Positions 51,856 through 60,748 are shown, numbered from the stretch's first letter. The stretch: DNA of 64,000 bases from Methanobacteriota archaeon (GCA_963769885.1 CAVYNH010000007.1:32001-96000); one strand, 5' to 3'. Program-made: numbers and translations. Notes: generated by a model from the sequence alone, not told the origin.

Positions 51856-52010
51856 GAAAACCGATTCCTCCTTGGCAGTTGTTATCCTATAGATTCATTT
51901 AAATGTTTTCAGACGATAAAATCTGCAACAAAGGGACGAACTCTTATATTACTATTTTAAAAACATATTCTTAGAAACCAATGTATTATGTTAATCGATA
52001 ACTGTACTGA

Positions 52011-52115
52011 AATGAAATAAGGGCTTTGCCCGTATATCTTGTTTCGCCCTCGTTCCTTACATCTACGAGTCTTACGCTGTCGCTTCAGATCGCGTAATAT
52101 TCCCCGCCACTATTG
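52011..52115 (-). mobile_element. Miniature IS200 derivative (LE fused to RE)
   Basis: Minus strand reads CAATAGTGGCGGGGAATATTACGCGATCTGAAG...AAGACTCGTAGATG + AGGAACGAGGGCGAAAC...GGGCAAAGCCCTTATTTCATT. Confidence 0.8.
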
Positions 52116-52235
52116 ATATAAAATAACTGGATGAAAAAAGTTTGAGTTTGAAAAGTTATTGGGATAATAATTTAAATTATGATGATATTAGAAAAATCAT
52201 CAAAGTATCCTTACAAAATTTAAAAGAGGAATAAA

Positions 52236-53615
52236 ATGAATTCAACGGAAGAACAAGACCTTGTTAAGGTATTAGGACAACTGATTTCAAAGATAAAAAA
52301 GGAGATATTCGATGTTCGTTCCAAGGGGATGATAAAGCCAGAAGAAGAATTATACTATCGTTGGAAGATAGATAAATTTCAGTATACGAAGAATGGTGTG
52401 ACGGAATCCTCCGCTCATGCAGAACCTATCATGAAAAAATCTTGGTGGAGGGCTGCTCTAATGATTGAGGAATCTATCAAAAAATCTCATGAATATTTTC
52501 TTGCTGTAGAGGTTTTAAGTAAAATTTTTCATGGAAGAAATACAATAACTCATGACCTCGATTGTTTATTAAGAAAGGTAATCTCATTGTATTTAGAAGA
52601 AACAGCATTTAATGAAACGTATTTTGATGTTCTAATTTCAAATTTTTTAAAAGAGATTAAAGAGGAACCATTAAGATATATGGCAGAAGTCGAACTCAAC
52701 GGAATAGTACTTATTCCAGAGAAGATTGAATATAAAATTGGAGATACAGATGTCGCCCTACGTCAAACTAAAATTGAAGATCTTGAAAAGGAATTTCCTG
52801 CCAATAGGATAGCTGGCCAACCTTTCTTAAGAACGCCTTCGGCAATTCTTAATTTGGAGTTTCTTGGACAAGGAGACAATGAATTACAAATAAAAATCTT
52901 GCAGACAATTGCAGTGCTTCGACTCTTCAAAGTTGGAAGCGTGAAAACCCTCTCATACTGTATGCATTCAGACTCCATCACAAATCTTATGGCCTCTACG
53001 ATTCATACTGCCGTAGATTCAGAAAGAGCTTTAGAAATAAGCCAAATCATAAATGAAGATGAACAAAAATTGAAAAGATTTTGGCAGATAATGATTAAAG
53101 CTCTGCCATCTAATTTTTACACGTTTGAAGATATAAAGATAGATTATATCACCATTGCGTACAAACGTTATTGCGATGCGTTATTGCAAAATGGTTCTAT
53201 AGAACGAAGGATCGCCAATGCAGTGATGGGTCTAGAGAGTCTTTTTCTGAAAGGTGGGGAAATCCAGGAGTTACTTTACCGCCTGAGTATAAGGGTCTCC
53301 AAAATATTCAATTATTTAGAATATGATTATTGCAAAGTAAAAGAGGTAGTAGAAGAAGCCTACAAGGTGAGGAATCTTTTTGTTCACGGCAGCTATTTGT
53401 CGTACAATGAAAAAAAGAAATTGAATAGCAAATTTGGCGATGCTAGAAAGTTGTTACTGTCACTGCTCGACTATTTACGGATATCTATACTGGTCATGAT
53501 ATTAGTCAAAATGGAGAAGGAAGAATTTCTCGATTTAATCGATGATAGCTTAGTTGACAAAGGGAAAGACAATCAATTAAATAATATCCTCAATACCGCT
53601 AGAAATGTTATCTAA
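52236..53615 (+). CDS. HEPN domain protein (ApeA/MAE_28990-like)
   Basis: GLESLF...EL.YRL..R...YKVRNLFVHG (RxxxxH). Confidence 0.82.
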   Translation: MNSTEEQDLVKVLGQLISKIKKEIFDVRSKGMIKPEEELYYRWKIDKFQYTKNGVTESSAHAEPIMKKSWWRAALMIEESIKKSHEYFLAVEVLSKIFHGRNTITHDLDCLLRKVISLYLEETAFNETYFDVLISNFLKEIKEEPLRYMAEVELNGIVLIPEKIEYKIGDTDVALRQTKIEDLEKEFPANRIAGQPFLRTPSAILNLEFLGQGDNELQIKILQTIAVLRLFKVGSVKTLSYCMHSDSITNLMASTIHTAVDSERALEISQIINEDEQKLKRFWQIMIKALPSNFYTFEDIKIDYITIAYKRYCDALLQNGSIERRIANAVMGLESLFLKGGEIQELLYRLSIRVSKIFNYLEYDYCKVKEVVEEAYKVRNLFVHGSYLSYNEKKKLNSKFGDARKLLLSLLDYLRISILVMILVKMEKEEFLDLIDDSLVDKGKDNQLNNILNTARNVI

Positions 53616-53620
53616 GTAAC

Positions 53621-53662
53621 AATGAAATAGGGGCTTTGCCCCTATCACCCCATTCCGCCTTT
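53621..53662 (-). mobile_element. Solo IS200 right end
   Basis: Minus strand AAGGCGGAATGGGGTGATAGGGGCAAAGCCCCTATTTCATT. Confidence 0.88.
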
Positions 53663-53915
53663 ATACCTTTCCTCTGCTGGTCCTTCTCGGGATACTGTCA
53701 CCGAGATAGCGCTACATTCATGGACTCTTCTTCTGTTGTGGATTTTTAGGTGTGGATTTTCGAATCGTGTTTTTGTACTATGAAACAGCCAATGAATCTG
53801 TCAACGAAGATTTGATAACAGAAAAGGCCTAGTTCATAATTCTACCAGGAGAGAACACGTAGCATAAAAATGGGAATTATGAATCAAGCCCAGACAAAAA
53901 GAAAGAAAAAGAGAT

Positions 53916-53972
53916 TTACTTCTTTTTCTTTGTTGTTTTCTTCTTCGTTGCTTTTTTTGTTTTTGTAGCCAT
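53916..53972 (-). CDS. Lysine-rich micropeptide MATKTKKATKKKTTKKKK (not in ORF track)
   Basis: GAGGAG RBS, TATTTAAT box upstream, T-rich tract downstream; alternative ATG at 53984. Confidence 0.55.
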   Translation of the reverse strand: MATKTKKATKKKTTKKKK

Positions 53973-54087
53973 GATTTTTTTCATCTCCTCTTCTAAACTT
54001 ATGAATGGAGAGATTGATTAAATACTTTGTTCAATTATTTGTTAAAATTTCTATGAAAATAGCCAACAAAAAGGATATGGGGCAATA

Positions 54088-54468
54088 TTATCTATTTTTG
54101 ATGATATTTTTAAGTGCCGATATATCATTTTTAATGCTTTTAACTTCTTTTAATTTTTCCTGTTCGAAGGCTTTTAATATTTCAGATAAATCCGTGGTGG
54201 TTTTATAGATATGAACTGGTCTGCCTTTCCCCTCCTTTTTAAGATCCCGCTTTTTTACCCATCCTCTTCTGCGTAGTTCCTGCATCGCTATGCTCACCTC
54301 AGGTTGACGCATATCTGTCCCCTGTTCAACATCAGCAAATTTATATTCATCAAATCGTGAAGCGTATAATAACGTTTTAGCAAGATTTTTCGGCATCCCT
54401 AACCTAACGAATAATTGAATAGCTTTACCATCATCGGTGTCTAACATATACACATTTTTTTGTTTCAT
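54088..54468 (-). CDS. Winged-helix transcriptional regulator (COG4738-like)
   Basis: LGMPKNLAKTL...MRQPEVSIAM..L...GWV....K.GKGRP...Y; GAGGTG RBS. Confidence 0.85.
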   Translation of the reverse strand: MKQKNVYMLDTDDGKAIQLFVRLGMPKNLAKTLLYASRFDEYKFADVEQGTDMRQPEVSIAMQELRRRGWVKKRDLKKEGKGRPVHIYKTTTDLSEILKAFEQEKLKEVKSIKNDISALKNIIKNR

Positions 54469-54684
54469 ATTTTCCACCTCCTCATATTTCATACCATATA
54501 ACATTTAATCACTTATAAGACCAGCCATCAATTGAAAACAAGGAACCATTCATATACAAAGATGCGAAAAAACAGATTCCACAGCCAGCATACTATGAGA
54601 GTATCATTTTAATAGAAATACTTGTTCTTTGTTTTGCCACCTAGAAACTGTGACACTTCACTATTTAACGGAAAGTGATACTAT

Positions 54685-55236
54685 ATGATAGAAATAAAAG
54701 TACAAAATATTGTAGCATCTACATCTTTTGCAGATAAGTTAGATCTTGATGTGATAGCACAATCATTGAAAGAAGCTGAATATGAGCCAGAGCAGTTTCC
54801 TGGGCTCGTGTATCGGTTGAGTAGTCCGAAAACCGCTACCCTTCTATTTAGAAGTGGGAAGGCGAACTGTACTGGTGCAAAGAATATTGAAGACGTCAAA
54901 ACCACTATTAATATCATTGCGGAAAAACTGAAGATGCTGGGTGTTGAGGTCTATAAAGACTTTGGGATCGTCATTCAGAATATTGTAGCCACAGCTGATC
55001 TTGGGGGAGATCTTAATCTTAGCGAAGTAGCTATATCTCTTGGTTTAGAAAATGTGGAATATGAACCTGAGCAGTTCCCCGGACTGGTCTATAGGATAAA
55101 AGAACCTAGGGTAGCTATGCTTTTGTTCGGTTCTGGCAAAATAGTCTGTGCAGGTGCAAGAAAGATGGAAGATGTGTCATTAGCAGTTGATAAATTATCA
55201 AAAGAGCTCACGTCATTGGGGCTTCTCCATAAGTAA
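54685..55236 (+). CDS. tbp: TATA-box-binding protein
   Basis: Two repeats NIVA...YEPEQFPGLVYR...LLF.SGK..C.GA. Confidence 0.97.
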   Translation: MIEIKVQNIVASTSFADKLDLDVIAQSLKEAEYEPEQFPGLVYRLSSPKTATLLFRSGKANCTGAKNIEDVKTTINIIAEKLKMLGVEVYKDFGIVIQNIVATADLGGDLNLSEVAISLGLENVEYEPEQFPGLVYRIKEPRVAMLLFGSGKIVCAGARKMEDVSLAVDKLSKELTSLGLLHK

Positions 55237-55382
55237 AACCTCTCTCGTAATATATGGGGCAACGAAAAAAACCAATCTGTTAACGTGAGAGACGTTCTTT
55301 TCCATAAGAAAATCCTCAAAACTCCTACGAACGAGTATTTATATTACTCAACTGATAAGTTAGAGAATATCAGGGATTTGTT

Positions 55383-56319
55383 TTGGTTAAAAAAGAAAAA
55401 CAGAAAATAGAAGAAATCGTTCAATGCCCTGAATGTGGGAGTACCCATCTCAGTAAAGATTACTCTCGGGCGGAATTAGTTTGTAGAAATTGCGGACTTA
55501 TTCTTGATGAGGATATCATTGACCATGGCCCAGAATGGCGTGCATTTGATAGCGAACAGCGGGAAAAACGAGCTCGAACTGGAGCACCAATGACGTACAC
55601 CATTCATGATAAAGGACTCAGTACCGATGATAGGATGGAAAAACAGAGATTCCTATGGGAAGTCAATTCCAACGAGAAATAGAGCACAAATCTATCGTTT
55701 GAGAAAATGGGCACGGCGCATTCGGATTAGCAATTCAACAGAGAGAAACCTTGCTATTGCATTTTCTGAGCTTGACAGAATGGCATCAGGCATGGGCCTC
55801 CCAAGAACGGTAAGAGAGACCGCTGCTATGATTTATAGAAAAGCAGCATTGAAAAAATTGGTCCGTGGTAGAAGCATAGAAGGTGTTACCACCGCAGCAT
55901 TGTATGCAGCATGCCGGCAGTGCCATGTGCCACGTACACTTGATGAAATAAGTAACATAGCACATATATCCAGGAAAGAGATCGGAAGGACCTACAGATA
56001 TGTCTCTCGTGAATTAGGATTAAAATTGTTGCCGACGTCACCAGAGGATTATATTTCAAGGTTCTGCAGTGAACTGAAATGTAGTGGCGATGTACGAGCG
56101 AAGACCTTGGAGATCTTACAAGAAGCTGCACACCGAGAACTTACTAGTGGACGTGGCCCAACTGGTATGGCAGCAGCCTCTCTTTATATTGCATCGGTAC
56201 TTTGTGGTGAACGGAGAACACAACACGAGGTAGCAGAAGTCGCAGGCGTCACCGAGGTTACTATTCGAAATCGCTACAAGGAACTCACAAATAAACTAGA
56301 TATAGGCATTGCCCTGTAA
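55383..56319 (+). CDS. tfb: Transcription initiation factor IIB (apparent +1 frameshift at ~55625)
   Basis: CPEC ribbon and GPEWRAFD in one frame, cyclin repeats in the next; junction AGT ACC G ATG. Confidence 0.9.
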
Positions 56320-56338
56320 GTTTCATCGTTTGCCCTAT

Positions 56339-56668
56339 TTATTCTTCTTTTTTAGTTGTTAAAATTATTTCTATTGAAGACACATTGGAGATTCTGCCTT
56401 CTTCATTGGTAACACTTTCAGTACCGATTTTTATTTCTTTAATTTTTGCGTCTTTGATAAATCTGTTTCTCACGATTTCTGCAGCATCTACCGCTGTACT
56501 AATCGCCCTGCCTCTCGCTTTAATAATAACCTCATCCGAACCACTAGTGTTAAATTGTGTTACTATTGCAAGCACATAGCTCATCGGAGGTTTGTGTCCA
56601 ACATAGATTACGTTTTCATCTGGTCTTCTTTTTTCAGCTGTTCCCGCTTCTGTTGTTTCTTCTACCAT
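56339..56668 (-). CDS. albA: Chromatin protein Alba
   Basis: [39 protein letters not shown]. Confidence 0.96.
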   Translation of the reverse strand: MVEETTEAGTAEKRRPDENVIYVGHKPPMSYVLAIVTQFNTSGSDEVIIKARGRAISTAVDAAEIVRNRFIKDAKIKEIKIGTESVTNEEGRISNVSSIEIILTTKKEE

Positions 56669-56817
56669 AATTTTTTCCCGCTCAAACCTACAATTTAATA
56701 ACATCTCATTCTTTAATAACATACCCTGAGAAACCCATCACATAGCAGGGAATACTGCGTCCTAGGCCCGTTTCCGCGGCTCCGTTTTCAACAAAAAAGG
56801 ATTAATCATGATTCTAC

Positions 56818-56864
56818 ATGTCTACACCACAGTTCGAACCACGCAGTATTCCTAGCCGCTATTG
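56818..56864 (-). mobile_element. Solo IS200 left end
   Basis: Minus strand TTAT|CAATAGCGGCTAGGAATACTGCGTGGTTCGAACTGTGGTGTAGAC versus LE TTAT|CAGTAGCGGCCGGGAATACTGCGTGGTCTGAACCGCAGTGAAGAC. Confidence 0.85.
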
Positions 56865-56887
56865 ATAAAAATGTCACACTAGATTTA

Positions 56888-56961
56888 CGCCCGCATCGGG
56901 ATTCGAACCCGAGTCTTAGGCTCCGCAGGCCCATAGGATGTCCAAGCTACCCCATGCGGGC
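56888..56961 (-). tRNA. tRNA-Arg(GCG), no encoded CCA
   Basis: Acceptor GCCCGCA/TGCGGGC, anticodon arm TGGGC-CTGCGGA-GCCTA, T arm TCGGG-TTCGAAT-CCCGA. Confidence 0.96.
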
Positions 56962-57123
56962 AAGACGCACCCTTCGCAGCCGATTTTAGCGTCAAGTCAG
57001 GGACCTTTCTTGACAAATCGGTGACGGAGAGTTTTCTGTGCAGTAATCATATATCATATTATAAGCCTTGGGAGGTCTCTCGCAGACTTCGTTCTGCTCG
57101 GCACGAACGCTTCGAACAACCCC

Positions 57124-57642
57124 TCAGCGTTTAAGGACATCCACCATCGCCACCCGCTCCAACACAAGATCACCACACTGACTCGGGGTAACAGTGGCGA
57201 CCTCCTGGTCGCTGATCCCGAACCGACGCAACGTCTCCCGATCCCCCTCAAGCACCGCATCGTCGCGCACAAACCCAAGACAAGAAAGCAAGTCAGTGAC
57301 CACGACCTCGAGGCTGTCTGAGCGATCCTCCTCTGTACCAACCACGATCGCAAAAGCAGTCGTCCCCGGTTTCACCCCCATCTTCCCTAGCGCCTTCTGA
57401 ATCTGCGGCTCCCCCGAGGCATACAACAGGGTCTCCAACCCCACCGACCCCGTCGCATTCGTCCCCTCAGCGAACGAACGCACGGCATGGTCATAGGCGG
57501 ACAGCAGATGCAGCCTGCCATACACTAAAGAGGCATCCATGACCTGAATCACGACATGATGCCGGGCCGCGACCTCCTGCACCCGTGCGAGAAAACCAGC
57601 AACGTCTCGCAGATTCCCACGGGCGCCGAAGACCTCCCTCAT
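57124..57642 (-). CDS. cgi121: KEOPS subunit Cgi121
   Basis: Q..DA..VYG..HL..A..HA, E.LLYASG..QI..AL...GVK. Confidence 0.9.
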   Translation of the reverse strand: MREVFGARGNLRDVAGFLARVQEVAARHHVVIQVMDASLVYGRLHLLSAYDHAVRSFAEGTNATGSVGLETLLYASGEPQIQKALGKMGVKPGTTAFAIVVGTEEDRSDSLEVVVTDLLSCLGFVRDDAVLEGDRETLRRFGISDQEVATVTPSQCGDLVLERVAMVDVLKR

Positions 57643-59810
57643 GCGCGCCTCGCCTTCAACACCATATCACCCTTTCCCGCCTCCTCCCCCAGCTGTTTCT
57701 TGATGCTGACGGCCACGGCCTTGCCGATTCCCTTGATCTTCGCGAGTCGCTCCTCAGGGATACCGCGCAGCGAGTTCACCGTCGGGAACCCCGCGTTGTA
57801 TAACGCACGGGCACGCACCCTCCCGATGCCCTTGAACGTCACCAAATTCAAGAGTTCCTCCTTGCAACCATGCTGCACCCGCGTGATCAAATCGTTCAGG
57901 CTTGAGACCGCGGAGAACTCGTACATCCGGGCGAACTCCCGTAACGCATGCAGCAGCCACTCCGCGACCTCCACGACCGTATGCACATCACCCGGCCAGA
58001 CATTGTACTTCGTGACCAAGGAATCGAGGGGTACCTCCTCGATCCAGTCGTTCAGAAGGAACGCGGTCTTCAGGTCGCTGAGGAACCATTCGTACTCCGT
58101 GCTCCCCCGCTTGGGGACATCCACGAGCAATTCATCCCCGATATGCTCCAGCTTCTCCTCGACCCACGCATCCGACCCACGCATGTACAACGACCGGAGG
58201 TCCGGCGTCGAGCAAATCGCATGTAGGAACCCGAGCACCCCCGCATCACGCCCCCGCACGTGCCCGAGCGCGTCTTTCAGGCGGACCGCGGAGAGCGGAT
58301 CCACGTACAACGACGTCGTCTGTGTCCCAAACGCCGTTGGGATGAACCCCGCCCGCACCGGCTCCACAAACTGGTTCTCCTTGAGGAAATCCAGTGCGGT
58401 CCGGACCTCCTGCTCGATCGTCGTCGGATCCGCCTGGTACGCATAGAAGGTGCTGTGGATGAACTTGATGATGCCCTCAAGGTCCTTGACGAACCCGGTG
58501 GACAGCGCCGCGAGCAGATGCATCCGCATCGCCGGTTGCGTCCCCAGCTTCGAATAAATCGGCTCCGTATCTGCTAGGATATAGTTCGCGAAGATTGCTT
58601 CCTGCTGCCCGCTGTCCTTGGCGATGGTGATCGCCTCGCCGACGGTATCATAGCGAGGTCGGCCCGCACGGCCCGCCTGCTGCTTGTACTCCAGAATCGG
58701 GATGGGCACCATCCCGAAGTTCATGTCGTACCGCCACAGGTCCCGGATGATGACCGTCCGCGCCGGGAGGTTCACCCCGGCCGCGAGGGTCGGCGTCGCC
58801 ACGATGCACTTGATGACCCGGTTCTTGAATCCCTGTTCGACAGCACGCCGCTGACTAAGTTCCAGGCCAGCATGGTGAAACGCCACGCCCTGCTGCATGC
58901 ATGCGGACAGCGACTCGTCAGGAGCGACGAGCTCGCCTTGGGCTTTCCTCATGGACCCGACGAGCGCCTTCGACGCTTTTCTCTCCGCTTCCGTGAGTAT
59001 CGGCTCGATGAGCGAGGCGAGACGCTGGGCGACCGACACCGTAGATTTCCGGTTATTGACGAACACCAGCGATTGCCCCCCGTCACGCAATGCATACTCC
59101 ACAAGCATGTCGAGCGACTGTTTGGCGTCGCCGGCGACAGGCTTCTTCGAGCCGTCATCAAACCGGATAAACTTCTTGAAATAGACGCCTTCGTGAAGCG
59201 TCACAGGACGCCAGTCCGACTGGATTAGGTCTGCGCCCAGCCAGTCCGCGAGTTCCACCGCGTTCTTGATTGTCGCAGACAAGGCGATCAATTGAGTCTT
59301 GGGGTTCAATGCCTTGAAGCGGGAGATGATGACTTCCAGCGTCGGCCCCCGAGAAGGATCGTGGATCAGATGGATTTCGTCGATGACCAGGACGCGGACT
59401 TGGTCGACCCAGGTGAGTCCATGGCGGAGCAGCGAGTCCGCCTTTTCCGAGGTGCAGACGATGATGTCGTACTTCCCAAGCCGTTTATCCGATTCGTCAA
59501 GGTCTCCTGTGGAGATGCCGATTTTAAGACCCAAGGGTTCGAACGCCTGCAAGTCTTCATATTTCTCTCGGGCGAGCGCACGGAGAGGGACAACGTAGAG
59601 GGCCTTGCCGCCCTCAGCCAGCAGCCGATGGATAATGGCGAGATACGCGACCAGGCTTTTTCCGGCGGCGGTCGGCACCGCGAGGATGACGTTCTTTTTC
59701 GCAAAGACCTTGGGGAGTGCCTGGGCTTGGGGTGGGTAGAACTCGTCGATGCCCTGCTCGACGAGAATCTTCTGGACAGGAGGCGGAAGAATGGTATCAG
59801 CGGGTCGCAT
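57639..59810 (-). CDS. hel308: Ski2-like DNA helicase Hel308
   Basis: PTAAGKS, DEIH, LSAT, FHHAGL, TPTLAAGVNLPA, Q.AGRAGRP, GIGRVRAR. Confidence 0.95.
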   Translation of the reverse strand: MRPADTILPPPVQKILVEQGIDEFYPPQAQALPKVFAKKNVILAVPTAAGKSLVAYLAIIHRLLAEGGKALYVVPLRALAREKYEDLQAFEPLGLKIGISTGDLDESDKRLGKYDIIVCTSEKADSLLRHGLTWVDQVRVLVIDEIHLIHDPSRGPTLEVIISRFKALNPKTQLIALSATIKNAVELADWLGADLIQSDWRPVTLHEGVYFKKFIRFDDGSKKPVAGDAKQSLDMLVEYALRDGGQSLVFVNNRKSTVSVAQRLASLIEPILTEAERKASKALVGSMRKAQGELVAPDESLSACMQQGVAFHHAGLELSQRRAVEQGFKNRVIKCIVATPTLAAGVNLPARTVIIRDLWRYDMNFGMVPIPILEYKQQAGRAGRPRYDTVGEAITIAKDSGQQEAIFANYILADTEPIYSKLGTQPAMRMHLLAALSTGFVKDLEGIIKFIHSTFYAYQADPTTIEQEVRTALDFLKENQFVEPVRAGFIPTAFGTQTTSLYVDPLSAVRLKDALGHVRGRDAGVLGFLHAICSTPDLRSLYMRGSDAWVEEKLEHIGDELLVDVPKRGSTEYEWFLSDLKTAFLLNDWIEEVPLDSLVTKYNVWPGDVHTVVEVAEWLLHALREFARMYEFSAVSSLNDLITRVQHGCKEELLNLVTFKGIGRVRARALYNAGFPTVNSLRGIPEERLAKIKGIGKAVAVSIKKQLGEEAGKGDMVLKARRA

Positions 59811-59985
59811 AAGGATACTTTGACATCGAAAATGAGGTTATAAAACAATGAGTAGGGGGCCAAAAACACGCGCTCCATAAGGAGGGGGCAGGCCTTCCCC
59901 TCGGACCCAAAGACATTATAATGCACCGCTGGATACTCTGTCCAAAGACCAGCATCTGGTGAACGCTATGGGCCGCCGGCAGACG

Positions 59986-60273
59986 ATGATGGAGAAATAC
60001 AAGATTCAGATGAAAGCCTATCGGAAGAAGCGGATGAAGGCGGACAGCACCCCGTTCTCCGGCGCCCAGGAGAGCGTCTACGTCATGGACTCGTTGAACC
60101 CGGAGAAGCGCATCAAGGTTATGATTAAGAAGACCGTGACGCGGAACCAGCGTCAGGTGATCGACAGCCTCGCCTGCCCGGAGTGCGGCGCGGACATGTA
60201 CTGGGATAACAACTGGGAGGCGTTCATCTGCACGAAGCATGGGAAGCGCGCGATCTACGAGCTCGCCCCCTGA
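59986..60273 (+). CDS. Small zinc-ribbon hypothetical protein
   Basis: CPECG..M.W......C.KHG. Confidence 0.6.
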   Translation: MMEKYKIQMKAYRKKRMKADSTPFSGAQESVYVMDSLNPEKRIKVMIKKTVTRNQRQVIDSLACPECGADMYWDNNWEAFICTKHGKRAIYELAP

Positions 60274-60481
60274 AATCTGTTCATCACGGCTCTCCTCTTG
60301 TTTGATTGGTCATTGATTGTATTCGCGGATCGTTTTGAAGCGGAAAGAGAAGTACGCATACAGAGACATCAACCCAACCTACGATTTCATACTTGCCGCA
60401 GACCGAAACCAAGGTTTTTCCTCGGAAACGTTCAGTATTCTTTATCTATATCTAATTCTATAAGGGGGGCTTGTGATCGCT

Positions 60482-60736
60482 ATGGTCGAAGAAAAAATCG
60501 GCAGCATTGAGCATTTCTTCACCAATCTCAGCGTCGCCGCCATCAAAGTAACCAGCGGCGAACTTAAAATCGGTGACACCATCCACATCGTCGGCGCAAC
60601 CACCGACGTGACCCAAAAAATCGAGCGCATGGAGATCAACCGGTCACCGATCCTGGTCGCCAAACCCGGCGACGACATCGGCATCAAGGTCACCGGCCGC
60701 GTCCGCGAAGGCGACATCGTCTACAAAGTCCCATAG
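60482..60736 (+). CDS. EF-Tu domain II / U32 C-terminal-like small protein
   Basis: IG.IEHFF....VAAI.....LKIGD.I.I.G...VREGD.VY. Confidence 0.85.
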   Translation: MVEEKIGSIEHFFTNLSVAAIKVTSGELKIGDTIHIVGATTDVTQKIERMEINRSPILVAKPGDDIGIKVTGRVREGDIVYKVP

Positions 60737-60748
60737 GTGAACACCCCC

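Noticed and set aside
38952-56785. Classical integron (attC/IntI) interpretation of the hairpin repeats
   Set aside because: No RYYYAAC...GTTRRRY cores recognised and no tyrosine integrase in the window.
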